Source of the DNA: an uncultured bacterium
GTDB taxonomy: Bacteria > Patescibacteriota > Minisyncoccia > UBA6257 > 2-01-FULL-56-20
Direction: 5' to 3'
NCBI GenBank assembly: GCA_963718515.1
Contig: OY970354.1
Coordinates: forward strand, 110,363 to 174,362
DNA length: 64,000 nucleotides
Position numbers and translations under genes: made by a program. Every line of letters begins with the position of its first letter. Within the stretch, counting starts at the first letter, position 1. Below, piece after piece: positions 18,384 to 26,480 of this stretch. Under the pieces are notes generated by a model, which worked only from the letters and a program-made list of their open reading frames with translations, did not search any database and had not been told where the DNA came from.

Positions 18384-18752
18384 CTATTTATCTTCAAGAA
18401 CGCCGATTCTATCTTCCAGTTTATTCGTGCGCTCATTCAACGAACCGAATCCTTCTAAGCAAAGATCAAATTTATCCTCAAGCCGATCAAGTTGGACGCC
18501 CATTTTGCGCTGAGATTCCTCAAGCTTTTTTACACTGCCATCGAGGACTTCCACCTTCTCGTCAAGATTTTCTATCTTGTTATCGAGGCTTTCTACCTTC
18601 TTATCAAGGCCTTGCACTTTTTTATCAAGATTTTCTACTTTTTTATCGAGGCCTTCCACTTTGTTATCAAGGCTTTCTACCTTCTTATCAAGGCCTTCTA
18701 CTTTCTTATCAAGACTTTCTAAGGAAACTTTCTTTTGTAATCTTTTTATCAT
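18384..18752 (-). CDS. Coiled-coil protein built from tandem heptads (VExLDKK)
   Basis: 122 aa with nine consecutive heptads, LDKKVEGLDKKVESLDNKVEGLDKKVENLDKKVQGLDKKVESLDNKIENLDEKVEVLD. Confidence 0.6.
   Translation of the reverse strand: MIKRLQKKVSLESLDKKVEGLDKKVESLDNKVEGLDKKVENLDKKVQGLDKKVESLDNKIENLDEKVEVLDGSVKKLEESQRKMGVQLDRLEDKFDLCLEGFGSLNERTNKLEDRIGVLEDK
18538..18726. repeat. Nine tandem 21-bp repeats (in-frame heptad repeats inside CDS 18384..18752)
   Basis: Units such as TTATCAAGGCCTTCTACTTTC recur head-to-tail every 21 nt with a few substitutions. Confidence 0.75.
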
Positions 18753-18820
18753 CCTCCTATTCTAGAAGTTATATCAAAAACGTCAAAAGTTCTTTAATGA
18801 TTTTTTAATCATTACGAGGG

Positions 18821-18892
18821 TGCGCCCGCCAGGATTCGAACCTGGGACCAGCCGTGTATAAGACGGCGGCTCTACCGCTGAGCTACAGGCGC
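18821..18892 (-). tRNA. tRNA with anticodon TAT (tRNA-Ile, AUA-reading)
   Basis: Hand-folded on the minus strand. Acceptor GCGCCTG/CGGGCGC, D-arm GCTC-AGCGGTA-GAGC, anticodon stem GCCGT/ACGGC with loop CTTATAC, T-arm CCAGG-TTCGAAT-CCTGG, discriminator A. Confidence 0.8.
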
Positions 18893-18912
18893 ATATATTT
18901 CTGTCTCATTGT

Positions 18913-19033
18913 GCCCGAAAGATTCCGTGATGGTTTGAGGGGTGTCACGGAGGCGCGTAGGCGCCGAGTGCCAAGGGGCGCGTTCAGTAGAACGCGACCC
19001 CGTCCCCGAAAGCCATCACGGAATCTTTCGGGC
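18913..19033 (+). ncRNA. Candidate structured RNA / repeat element, copy 2 of 3 (21-bp outer hairpin plus extension; core reads on the plus strand)
   Basis: Arms 18913-18933 and 19013-19033 are perfect complements. The extension UUUGAGGGG/CCCCGAAAG has a tandem G-A/A-G. Core: CAC-GGA-GGCGC-GUAG-GCGCC-GA-GUG (18946-18970) and GGGG-C-GCGUUC-AGUA-GAACGC-GA-CCCC (18975-19001). Confidence 0.4.
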
Positions 19034-19635
19034 TACTCGTTATTCTTCTCTATAGTATCAAACTTTGTCATTGCTTGCCCGGCCTGCGCGTTGAAGTTGT
19101 TGATCGCGTTCACGTCGGTGTTGATCTGATTCACGATGCCCGTCACGTCGCCGTTTGGCACCCACGTGCCATTGAATCGCGTCTGAAGCACCGCGAGCAA
19201 GCGGTCGAGATCGTTGCTGTAGGTGATGAGCTCGTTGATGAGCGCGAGTTGGCTCGAGATCGATTCGAGCGCGGCCTGCTGTGCGGAGGGTGACGTGATG
19301 TCCGGCAGATCGCTCGTCATCTGGCTCACCTGCGCGGAAAGTTGGACCGCTTCGTTGCGAAGCCCGGCGCTCTGGTTGATAAGATCCGTCGTCGAAGCGA
19401 GCGCGGCTTTGTAGTTCCCTTCCTCATCGAACTGGCTGATCCCGTCGAGCTCGGCGGTGGACTGGTTGGAACTGCTCACGATCGTTTGCGAGATGATGGC
19501 CCCCTGAAGCCGCGCGGCGGTAAAGTCCGCAGGCACTTTGTTCTCGTGCTGCCAGAACTTGGCAATGCCATAGCCCACCGCTACGACGATAACAAAAGCC
19601 GCGATAGTCTTTGTGCGACGGGAAAATTTAGCCAT
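19033..19635 (-). CDS. Membrane-anchored hypothetical protein
   Basis: ORF 19033..20010 trimmed to the internal Met (MAKFSRRTKTIAAFVIVVAVGYGIAKF, ATG at 19635) because the upstream part runs through tRNA-Gly. One N-terminal TM helix, then a Q/S/N/A-rich helical ectodomain. Confidence 0.6.
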   Translation of the reverse strand: MAKFSRRTKTIAAFVIVVAVGYGIAKFWQHENKVPADFTAARLQGAIISQTIVSSSNQSTAELDGISQFDEEGNYKAALASTTDLINQSAGLRNEAVQLSAQVSQMTSDLPDITSPSAQQAALESISSQLALINELITYSNDLDRLLAVLQTRFNGTWVPNGDVTGIVNQINTDVNAINNFNAQAGQAMTKFDTIEKNNE

Positions 19636-19740
19636 ATTGGAATACCTATTTTTAGCAAAAATCATTGAAAAATGCAAGGAGGAATGGTAGATTAAGAGCG
19701 CACTGCGGGTACGATAAGCGCTGGCGCACCAAACAAAACC

Positions 19741-19811
19741 GCGGGTATTGTATAACGGTATTACGTCACCCTTCCAAGGTGAAGTCAGGGGTTCGACTCC
19801 CCTTACCCGCT
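19741..19811 (+). tRNA. tRNA-Gly (anticodon TCC)
   Basis: Acceptor GCGGGTA/TACCCGC, anticodon stem TCACC/GGTGA with loop CTTCCAA, T-arm AGGGG-TTCGACT-CCCCT. Confidence 0.9.
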
Positions 19812-19836
19812 CAGAATAAGGTGTTACAATACACCC

Positions 19837-20100
19837 ATGGCAACCATCCATAAAAAAATATGGCCCGAATATTTTGACCTCGTGGTATCGGGCAAAAAAC
19901 GCTTTGAATTGCGCCTGGCCGATTTTGATGTCAAAGAGGGCGACACGCTCGTCCTTGAAGAGTGGGATCCCACAACCAAGGCATACACCGGCAGGACGAT
20001 ACAAAAGCAAGTGGATTATGTTTTAAAGTTCGATCTCGACAAACACGGCCAAAAAGAAGAAATCCTTGAAAAGGGGTTGTATGTGATTCAAATCATTTGA
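19837..20100 (+). CDS. DUF3850 / ASCH-like (PUA-fold) small protein
   Basis: 87 aa. HKKIWPEYFDLVVSGKKRFELRLADFDVKEGDTLVLEEWDP...YTGR follows the DUF3850 consensus. Confidence 0.75.
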   Translation: MATIHKKIWPEYFDLVVSGKKRFELRLADFDVKEGDTLVLEEWDPTTKAYTGRTIQKQVDYVLKFDLDKHGQKEEILEKGLYVIQII

Positions 20101-20154
20101 GACGCAAAATAAAAAGGGCGAAGCATTTCTGCTCCGCCCAACGTGTTGTGGCCG

Positions 20155-20796
20155 CTACGCGGCTGGTGGATAAGGCTTTTTCGTCGCATTCCATCCGATG
20201 CGAATCTCGGAAGCGCGGCGCTGGCCTCTGCCCTCGGCCTTTTCTTTCTCGTGGGTGCGGCGATAAGCACTACGAGCTTTTCCCACGACCTTTTTCCCTT
20301 TAGGGCCAAGGCCACAATCCCAGTCCTTAGATGTACGCCGCCTATTCGCATGGCGATCGATCAGAGTGCACTCCCAAAATGTTGCGCCGCTAGGCTTTCG
20401 GCGTATCTTCATAAAAGTGGAGTACTGTTCGCAAAGCGGACGGTTCTGGACTTTCTGGGCGGTTATCATCGCGCGCTGAAGAAGATTTTTGACAAAATTC
20501 TTCGTACGCTTTGTTGAGCGAGCAAAATACTCGGCGTTGTTATGGGCATCGGTCAAAACTACCCACCCAAAATCGGTGCCGACTGGCTTGCTGACAACGA
20601 CATCCTGGGAGATAAGCGGCTCGCGACGGCATTGTGCTACTTCGGCCCGGAAACAGCTCGTCCATACCTTAACGACGTAGCCATTGCGGAAATATTTGAA
20701 ACCCACTTCAGCTCCCAAATTAGGACGCTTATTCTCCAAGCCGTGAACTTCCATTACCTGCCACATCTCTTGCCTTGAGGTTTCCAAAAAAACCAT
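20155..20796 (-). CDS. Hypothetical protein (possible nuclease-like N-terminal region plus degenerate topoisomerase-type zinc-finger-like segment)
   Basis: 213-aa ORF. A GTG at 20860 with a strong GAGGAGG RBS lies upstream in another frame, and a 7-nt homopolymer (20786-20792) sits between the two starts. The true N-terminus may therefore be about 21 aa longer, with one frameshift. Confidence 0.5.
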   Translation of the reverse strand: MVFLETSRQEMWQVMEVHGLENKRPNLGAEVGFKYFRNGYVVKVWTSCFRAEVAQCRREPLISQDVVVSKPVGTDFGWVVLTDAHNNAEYFARSTKRTKNFVKNLLQRAMITAQKVQNRPLCEQYSTFMKIRRKPSGATFWECTLIDRHANRRRTSKDWDCGLGPKGKKVVGKARSAYRRTHEKEKAEGRGQRRASEIRIGWNATKKPYPPAA

Positions 20797-21120
20797 GCCT
20801 TCGAAGTTTTGCTTCTATTGCAAGGAAGTCTTTGAAGGTCACCGGGACTGCTTTCGGCACTGGTACCACCTCCTCGTACTGGAATAGAACTGCCTATGTT
20901 ATATATGAATTCGCTAGAAAAAGAAAGGGTCCGTCACGTAAAGTGAGGACCCAGGAGATGAAAACTGTGGTGCATTATGCACGAAATGTGTGGCAAGGCC
21001 ACGAGGTGTCGCTATATATAGCGATTTGTTATTGATAATTTAGTTCTAAAAGAAACCTTAATAAATATAGCAGGGTGGCGGGATAGCGCAAGCCACCCCT
21101 GTGGATAACTTAGTGTATAA

Positions 21121-22311
21121 CTATAGGACTACTCTAAAAAACCGCTTTTTACCTATCTTTACGACCTCCCCGCCTTTAAGGATGAGTGGTATTTGAGGAT
21201 CCCGGTGCGGGCGGTTATCCACATCAAATCCCCCTTGTTCAACCAGCCGGCGCGCCTCCCCGCGGCTCTTGAAGACGCCGGACGCCACAACAATATCCAC
21301 CGGCGAGATCGTGGCGTCGCGCAATTTCAATCCGGGGATCACGTCCGGGATCTCCTTGCGCGAAAAAGTTTTATTGAACCGTTCCCCTGCCGCCCGCGCC
21401 TTCTTTTCTCCATGATAGCGCCGGACAACTTCGAATGCCAAAATCTCCTTCACCTTCTTAGGATTATCGCCTCCTTTTATGCCATCGATATATTTTTTTA
21501 TCGATGCCTCCGGCACATCCGTGGCCAAGTGGAAATAGTTTGGGATCTGGTCATCACGTACGGACATCACTTTGCCGTATTGGTCATCCGGTGCATCCAT
21601 AATATTGATCACATTCCCCCAACTGGTGGACATCTTACGGCCGTCGGTGCCCAAGAGCATCTGGGTCGTCAAAATATCCTGGGGTTTTTGCTTATAGCGC
21701 TCCTGGATCTTACGTCCCGCCAAAAGATTGAAAAGCTGGTCGGTGCCGCCGAGCTCGACGTCGGCGCGAACCGCCACGGAATCGTATCCCTGCATCAGTG
21801 GATACAAAAATTCGCGCACGCTGATCTCTTTGTGCGCATCCCAACGGTCTTTGAAATTGCGGCGCTCCACCATTTGCTGAACGGTAAAAACCTCTGCGAG
21901 CGCCGAAATCTCCTGAAAATCCAGCTTTTTAAGCCATTCGCTATTGTAGCGGATCTCGGTTTTCTTGAGGTCAAGAATGCGCCCGATCTGCGGGAGATAG
22001 TTTTTTAGATTTTTCTTGACCTGCGCCGCCGTGATGAACGGGCGCTTTTCCAGCTTGTCCGAAGGATCCCCCACCTGCGCGGTAAAGTCGCCGATGATGA
22101 GCACGATCGTATGCCCCAGATCTTGCAGTTCTCTCAGTTTCCAAAGCACCACCGCGCGGCCGATGTGGATCTTGTCCCCCGTCGGATCGATGCCATGCTT
22201 TACGCGCAATTTTTTGCCCGAAACGAGCGCCGCGCGCAGATGTTTTCCGTCGATGGCGTCCTCGACGTTTCGCGAGAGCAGTTGTTCTATTTTCTCTTTA
22301 TGCACCGCCAT
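21121..22311 (-). CDS. tyrS: Tyrosine--tRNA ligase
   Basis: 396 aa. HIGRAV (HIGH), KMSTSWGN (KMSKS), and a C-terminal S4-like domain (SRGEARRLVEQGG). Confidence 0.95.
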   Translation of the reverse strand: MAVHKEKIEQLLSRNVEDAIDGKHLRAALVSGKKLRVKHGIDPTGDKIHIGRAVVLWKLRELQDLGHTIVLIIGDFTAQVGDPSDKLEKRPFITAAQVKKNLKNYLPQIGRILDLKKTEIRYNSEWLKKLDFQEISALAEVFTVQQMVERRNFKDRWDAHKEISVREFLYPLMQGYDSVAVRADVELGGTDQLFNLLAGRKIQERYKQKPQDILTTQMLLGTDGRKMSTSWGNVINIMDAPDDQYGKVMSVRDDQIPNYFHLATDVPEASIKKYIDGIKGGDNPKKVKEILAFEVVRRYHGEKKARAAGERFNKTFSRKEIPDVIPGLKLRDATISPVDIVVASGVFKSRGEARRLVEQGGFDVDNRPHRDPQIPLILKGGEVVKIGKKRFFRVVL

Positions 22312-22700
22312 GATAATTCATTCTAACACGCTTCCGGTGGTATGATAAAGGCAGTATCGCGTTCGAAATCCGCAACACATGGGAGGCTTTATGCAATCAG
22401 AGAAGTTGCAGCAGCCGACGGTGCATCTCCCGATAGGATGGATCCCGGAAAAAATGGCGCCGGGAACCGTCTTCGCCTTTGAAAGGCTATGCCCCAATCT
22501 CAATGCGCACCACGAGTTCTTTGCGGGAACCATGGCCTGTCTTAGATGTGAATCGCTTATTCTCATAACACTGAGACAAGCCTGGGGATGGGATTCTGTG
22601 ATCTGCGGCTCAGATACATGTTCCGCGGAAGGCTACTTTTCCGGCCCACCCGACTCAGACGATTTTCAATTCAATCTGCGGCTACCCATGTAGCCATTTA

Positions 22701-22734
22701 TGCAAACGGCCTCACTCTTCATGAGTCGGGCCGT
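22701..22734 (-). terminator. Probable clpP terminator hairpin
   Basis: Minus strand reads ACGGCCcgACTC-atgaa-GAGTgaGGCCGT followed by TTGCATAAAT. The U-tract is weak. Confidence 0.4.
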
Positions 22735-22761
22735 CTCTTTTTCGCTGAATTTCTTTCGGCG

Positions 22762-23370
22762 CTACGATTTCTTTATGATCTCGTCCACCACGCCATATTC
22801 TTTTGCCTCTTCCGCGGAAAGCCAGAAGTCGCGCTCGGTATCTTTTTCTACTTTTGCCAAGCTTTGTCCGGTGCTCTTTGCCAATATCTGATTCAAGCGC
22901 GCTTTCGTTTTGAGAATTTGCCGCGCAGAAATTTCTATCTCCGTCGCCTGGCCGCCGATCGAATCCACCGCGACTTGATGCAGAAGGATTTCCGAATTTG
23001 GCAGTGTAAGACGCTTTCCTTTTTTGCCGGCGGCGAGGAGAAATGCCCCCATCGATGCCGCGATGCCCACGCACATCGTCGCCACATCGGGTTTTACGAA
23101 TTGCATCGTATCGTAGATCGCAAGACCTGCGGTAACCGATCCGCCCGGACTGTTAATATAGAGCTGGATATCTTTCTTGGAATCCTCGTGCGCCAAAAAT
23201 AAAAGTTGCGCGATGACCGTATTTGCAACCGCATCATTGATCGGTCCGCCCAAAAAAATGATCCGCTCCTTGAGCAGCCGCGAATAGATATCGTAGGCGC
23301 GCTCGCCATTCGAGGTCTTCTCGATGACGGTCGGGATCAAATATTGATTTTCGTATTCAAGTTTTTTCAT
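22762..23370 (-). CDS. clpP: ATP-dependent Clp protease proteolytic subunit
   Basis: 202 aa. [19 protein letters not shown]...[18 protein letters not shown]...[11 protein letters not shown]...LHQ with the Ser-His catalytic context. Confidence 0.95.
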   Translation of the reverse strand: MKKLEYENQYLIPTVIEKTSNGERAYDIYSRLLKERIIFLGGPINDAVANTVIAQLLFLAHEDSKKDIQLYINSPGGSVTAGLAIYDTMQFVKPDVATMCVGIAASMGAFLLAAGKKGKRLTLPNSEILLHQVAVDSIGGQATEIEISARQILKTKARLNQILAKSTGQSLAKVEKDTERDFWLSAEEAKEYGVVDEIIKKS

Positions 23371-23454
23371 GTTAGTGTGCCTCCTTTTGATACACCGCCT
23401 GCGCCTTCTTTATTTCTTCCTTTGCCGCCGCGGCATCGCCCCATCCGGAAGTCG

Positions 23455-23908
23455 TCACTTCTTTCTTTTGCAAATCTTGTACGTTTCAAAAAAATTCGCA
23501 ATTTCTTTTAAGAGGTGTGGATTATACATCTCAACATCCTTGATATCTTTGATCGCGCTGAAGCGCGGGTCTTTTGTTTGCACCCCAAGGATCTTCGCGT
23601 CCGGCTCGCCGGAATCGATCATATTAAGCATGCCGATCGGGCGCACCTCCGCAACGCATCCCGTGAATAGCGGATCGCCCCCGAGCACGAGCACATCAAG
23701 ATGATCGCCATCCTCCGAGCGCGTTTCCGGAATAAATCCGTAATCGAGCGGATAGTGGTACGGATCCATAGAGCACGCGATCGAGCTTAAAGATGCCAAG
23801 CTTTTCGTCGAACTCATACTTGTTCTGACTGCCTTTCGGTATCTCAACGATAATGTTGATGACCTCCGGCGCATCCTTTCCGATCGGAATTTTTTCCCAA
23901 GGTGACAT
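23455..23908 (-). pseudogene. ppa: Inorganic pyrophosphatase, one frameshift as assembled
   Basis: N-terminal part in ORF 23696..23908 ([29 protein letters not shown]). The rest is in ORF 23455..23874 ([30 protein letters not shown]...FFETYK). The frames switch near 23770. Confidence 0.85.
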
Positions 23909-23926
23909 TATTTTATTATAGTGATT

Positions 23927-25207
23927 TTATACTGCAATGTCTTCTTTTTCATCGGCCTCTGGCGGTGGGATCTGGTCGGCATCGGAACCCGCGTCAACGA
24001 GCCCGGCGACGCCGCCCTCCACCTCTTCCTCCGGCCGCGTCTGCGAACGAACGTCGATCTTCCAACCCGTAAGCTTCGCCGCAAGCCGCACGTTCTGCCC
24101 GCCCTTGCCGATCGCAAGGCTCAGCTGGCTTTCCGGCACATAGGCGCGCGCTTCGCGTCGAGGCAAAATCTCCACGCGCTCCACCTTCGCCGGTGACAGA
24201 GCCTGCATGATGAACTTCTCCGGATCATCGGACCATTCCGCGATGTCGATCTTTTCATTTCCCAATTCGTTATTGACCGCCATCACGCGCGTGCCGCGCT
24301 GGCCGACGAGCGCACCGACCGGATCAACGCCATCCGCTTTTGATGCCGCCGCGATCTTCGTCCGATTCCCCGGCTCGCGCGCGATCGCTTTGATTTCGAT
24401 CGCATCCTCGACGAGTTCCGGAACTTCCATGCGGAAAAGTTCTGCCACAAATCGCGGATGTGAGCGCGAAAGGATGATGCCCGGAAGCCGCGTGTCTTCT
24501 TGCACCGCAACCACCAAGAATCGCAACCGCTCCCCTGCCCGATAGTGCTCACCAGGAATGGATTCATTGCCAAACATCACGCCGATCGTGCGTCCAAGAT
24601 CCACAAAAATATTTCCACGCTCAAACCGTTGGATGACGCCGCTCACGATCTGGCCTTCGCGTCCACGCCATTCGTTCAATATGGAATCGCGCTCCGACTC
24701 GCGAAGTTTCTGCAAAATAACTTGCTTCGCTGTTTGCGCCGCGATGCGTCCAAAATCTTCATGGGTCTCGAGTGGAAACATCATCTCTTCGCCAAGCTCG
24801 ACATCTTTCTTTATTTTTTTCGCTTCATCTAAAGTAATGTGACGCTCGGAGTTGAATCGCGGAAGTTTCTGTTCGTCATCTTCTCCCATCGGCTTCTCCA
24901 TTGCCGCCGGTGTCGCTCCAGCTGTTCCGCTTGCCGCCGCTGCAGCTGCTTCCGCATTCGCTGCCTCTTCTGCTTCGTCAACAAAACGTACCGTCGTTTC
25001 ATCCACTACGGTTTTGATCTGCCAGAAATTCAGCTCGCCGGTCTTTTGGTCCATCTTACACTTCACCATCTCGCCGCGCTCGCCGTATTCTTTTTTATAC
25101 GCCGCCGCAATCGAAGACTCTATCACATCCAAAACTTTCTCCGGATCTAATCCTTTTTCATCCGCAACTTGCTTGAGGGCTTTTGATAATTCTTTTATGT
25201 TGAGCAT
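23927..25207 (-). CDS. nusA: Transcription termination/antitermination factor NusA
   Basis: ORF 23927..25303 trimmed to [20 protein letters not shown] (ATG at 25207). Contains an N-terminal domain, an S1 domain ([21 protein letters not shown]) and two KH domains ([32 protein letters not shown]). Confidence 0.93.
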   Translation of the reverse strand: MLNIKELSKALKQVADEKGLDPEKVLDVIESSIAAAYKKEYGERGEMVKCKMDQKTGELNFWQIKTVVDETTVRFVDEAEEAANAEAAAAAASGTAGATPAAMEKPMGEDDEQKLPRFNSERHITLDEAKKIKKDVELGEEMMFPLETHEDFGRIAAQTAKQVILQKLRESERDSILNEWRGREGQIVSGVIQRFERGNIFVDLGRTIGVMFGNESIPGEHYRAGERLRFLVVAVQEDTRLPGIILSRSHPRFVAELFRMEVPELVEDAIEIKAIAREPGNRTKIAAASKADGVDPVGALVGQRGTRVMAVNNELGNEKIDIAEWSDDPEKFIMQALSPAKVERVEILPRREARAYVPESQLSLAIGKGGQNVRLAAKLTGWKIDVRSQTRPEEEVEGGVAGLVDAGSDADQIPPPEADEKEDIAV

Positions 25208-25299
25208 TTCTTTAAAAAAGACCACGCGGAAGCGGGTCTCTATCACTCCTCTATTGTATTTGAACCGTGCCCTCCATGTCAAGGGCAATTGGCAATCGC

Positions 25300-25674
25300 T
25301 CAAATGTTTTCGTAATGGCGAAGACTCGCCATTTTCCCATCCTGCAAGACGATCGCGATGAGATCGATCTGCCAGCCACCATCCTCTTTTATAAGCTCCG
25401 GGTGTTTGGCAAGAAAAACCATACTCCCGCGGGTGAGCTTCCGGAGTTTTGTTTGGCTAAGGTTATCTTCGGGCATAAATGGCGATATATAGCCCCCTCT
25501 ATTATTAAGGGTCTTTACCTCACAAAATATCAAAGCTCCTTTTGGATGCCTTGCAATGATATCTATCTCATCGAACCGCTCTCTATGGTTTTTAGTCAGT
25601 ATTAAGTATCCCTTTTGAAACAAAAATAATCCGGCAATTCGCTCTCCGGCTTTGCCGGTTTCTTTATTATTCAT
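25300..25674 (-). CDS. YraN-family (UPF0102) endonuclease-like protein
   Basis: ORF trimmed to MNNKETGKAGERIA (ATG at 25674). GYLILTKNHRERFDEIDIIARHPKGALIFCEVKT follows the YraN D...E-V-K nuclease-fold pattern. Confidence 0.8.
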   Translation of the reverse strand: MNNKETGKAGERIAGLFLFQKGYLILTKNHRERFDEIDIIARHPKGALIFCEVKTLNNRGGYISPFMPEDNLSQTKLRKLTRGSMVFLAKHPELIKEDGGWQIDLIAIVLQDGKMASLRHYENI

Positions 25675-25693
25675 AATTAAAAATATGGGTTGA

Positions 25694-25804
25694 ATTTTAA
25701 TTGTGTTTGTCGACAAACATCATTTTAATTCCAAAATGGCAAAAAATGGCATTTTTAATTTAAAATAGGGATAAAAACATTTTAATTGTGTTTGTCGACA
25801 AACA
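25694..25804. promoter_or_regulatory. Two copies of a 26-nt repeat, each containing a perfect 16-bp palindrome (operator-like)
   Basis: ATTTTAATTGTGTTTGTCGACAAACA occurs at 25694-25719 and 25779-25804. The palindrome is TGTTTGTCGACAAACA. Both lie in the divergent intergenic region between the yraN-family gene and dksA. Confidence 0.5.
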
Positions 25805-26072
25805 ATTTTGGGAAACAATTTTGTTTAACAGTAGGTTTTACGGGCTTATCGGGTTTTGCCGCATTATTTCTATTTAATCCGGCAATCCGGCAAAATTGCC
25901 GGATTGCTCATTTATTATTAATAAATAGTTAATAACCATTTAATAATTGCCCTTTTATTTTGCCGGATTAAAACTGCCTAATAGCCGAAATCCAAGGGGG
26001 AGGTAAAATTTTATTTATTAGAAATTCCTAAACATTGCTTTCGGAGGTATAAAACTTTATCCTTAGTGGATT

Positions 26073-26405
26073 ATGAATAACGACCAATTAAAAGAATATA
26101 AAGCGAAGCTAGAAAAAGAGAGGGGACTGATCACCGGCGAGATAAAGCAAGAGGAAAAACCGGTTGATTTCGGATCTGACATTGACCATGGGGATGAGGA
26201 ATCGGACGCCTCGGAGCAAATGGGGAATCAGATGGCTGTCGCGAATGACCTGAAGGACCGCCTTGGCGAGATAGACATCGCACTTGAAAAGATCCGCACG
26301 GGCGGCTACGGGATCTGCGAGAAATGCGGGGGACCAATAGAGCACGATATCCTCGCGATCGATCCGGAATCCCGTTTCTGTAAAGCGTGCAAAGCGCAGA
26401 AATAA
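26073..26405 (+). CDS. DksA/TraR-family C4 zinc-finger protein
   Basis: 110 aa. Coiled-coil N-terminal half, an acidic tip (DHGDEESD), and C-terminal CEKCGGPI...CKAC. Confidence 0.85.
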   Translation: MNNDQLKEYKAKLEKERGLITGEIKQEEKPVDFGSDIDHGDEESDASEQMGNQMAVANDLKDRLGEIDIALEKIRTGGYGICEKCGGPIEHDILAIDPESRFCKACKAQK

Positions 26406-26423
26406 AAACGCGCACCACTCCGT

Positions 26424-26455
26424 AAAACACCCAGCACCACTGGGTGTTTTATTAT
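26424..26455 (+). terminator. Rho-independent terminator
   Basis: AAAACACCCAG-CACCA-CTGGGTGTTTT followed by ATTAT. Confidence 0.7.
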
Positions 26456-26480
26456 CTTTTAATCATCGGCGTGCGATAGT

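Noticed and set aside
18538-18726. Possible CRISPR array (regular short repeats)
   Set aside because: The repeats are contiguous 21-mers with no spacers and lie in frame inside a coiled-coil CDS. No cas genes are present in the window.
19636-20010. N-terminal 125-aa extension of ORF 19033..20010
   Set aside because: It runs antisense through tRNA-Gly (19741-19811) and through the start of the DUF3850 gene. The internal Met at 19635 is followed by a TM anchor.
21095-21112. Perfect DnaA box TGTGGATAA downstream of tyrS as an origin marker
   Set aside because: It is a single isolated box about 25 kb from dnaA with no cluster or AT-rich unwinding region nearby. It is likely incidental or a regulatory DnaA site.
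22312-22600. T-box riboswitch leader for tyrS
   Set aside because: Only a partial match to the T-box core (GTGGTGCGC) was found. I could not find a specifier loop with UAC, a stem I platform, or a terminator/antiterminator pair. It is left as an unexplained region.
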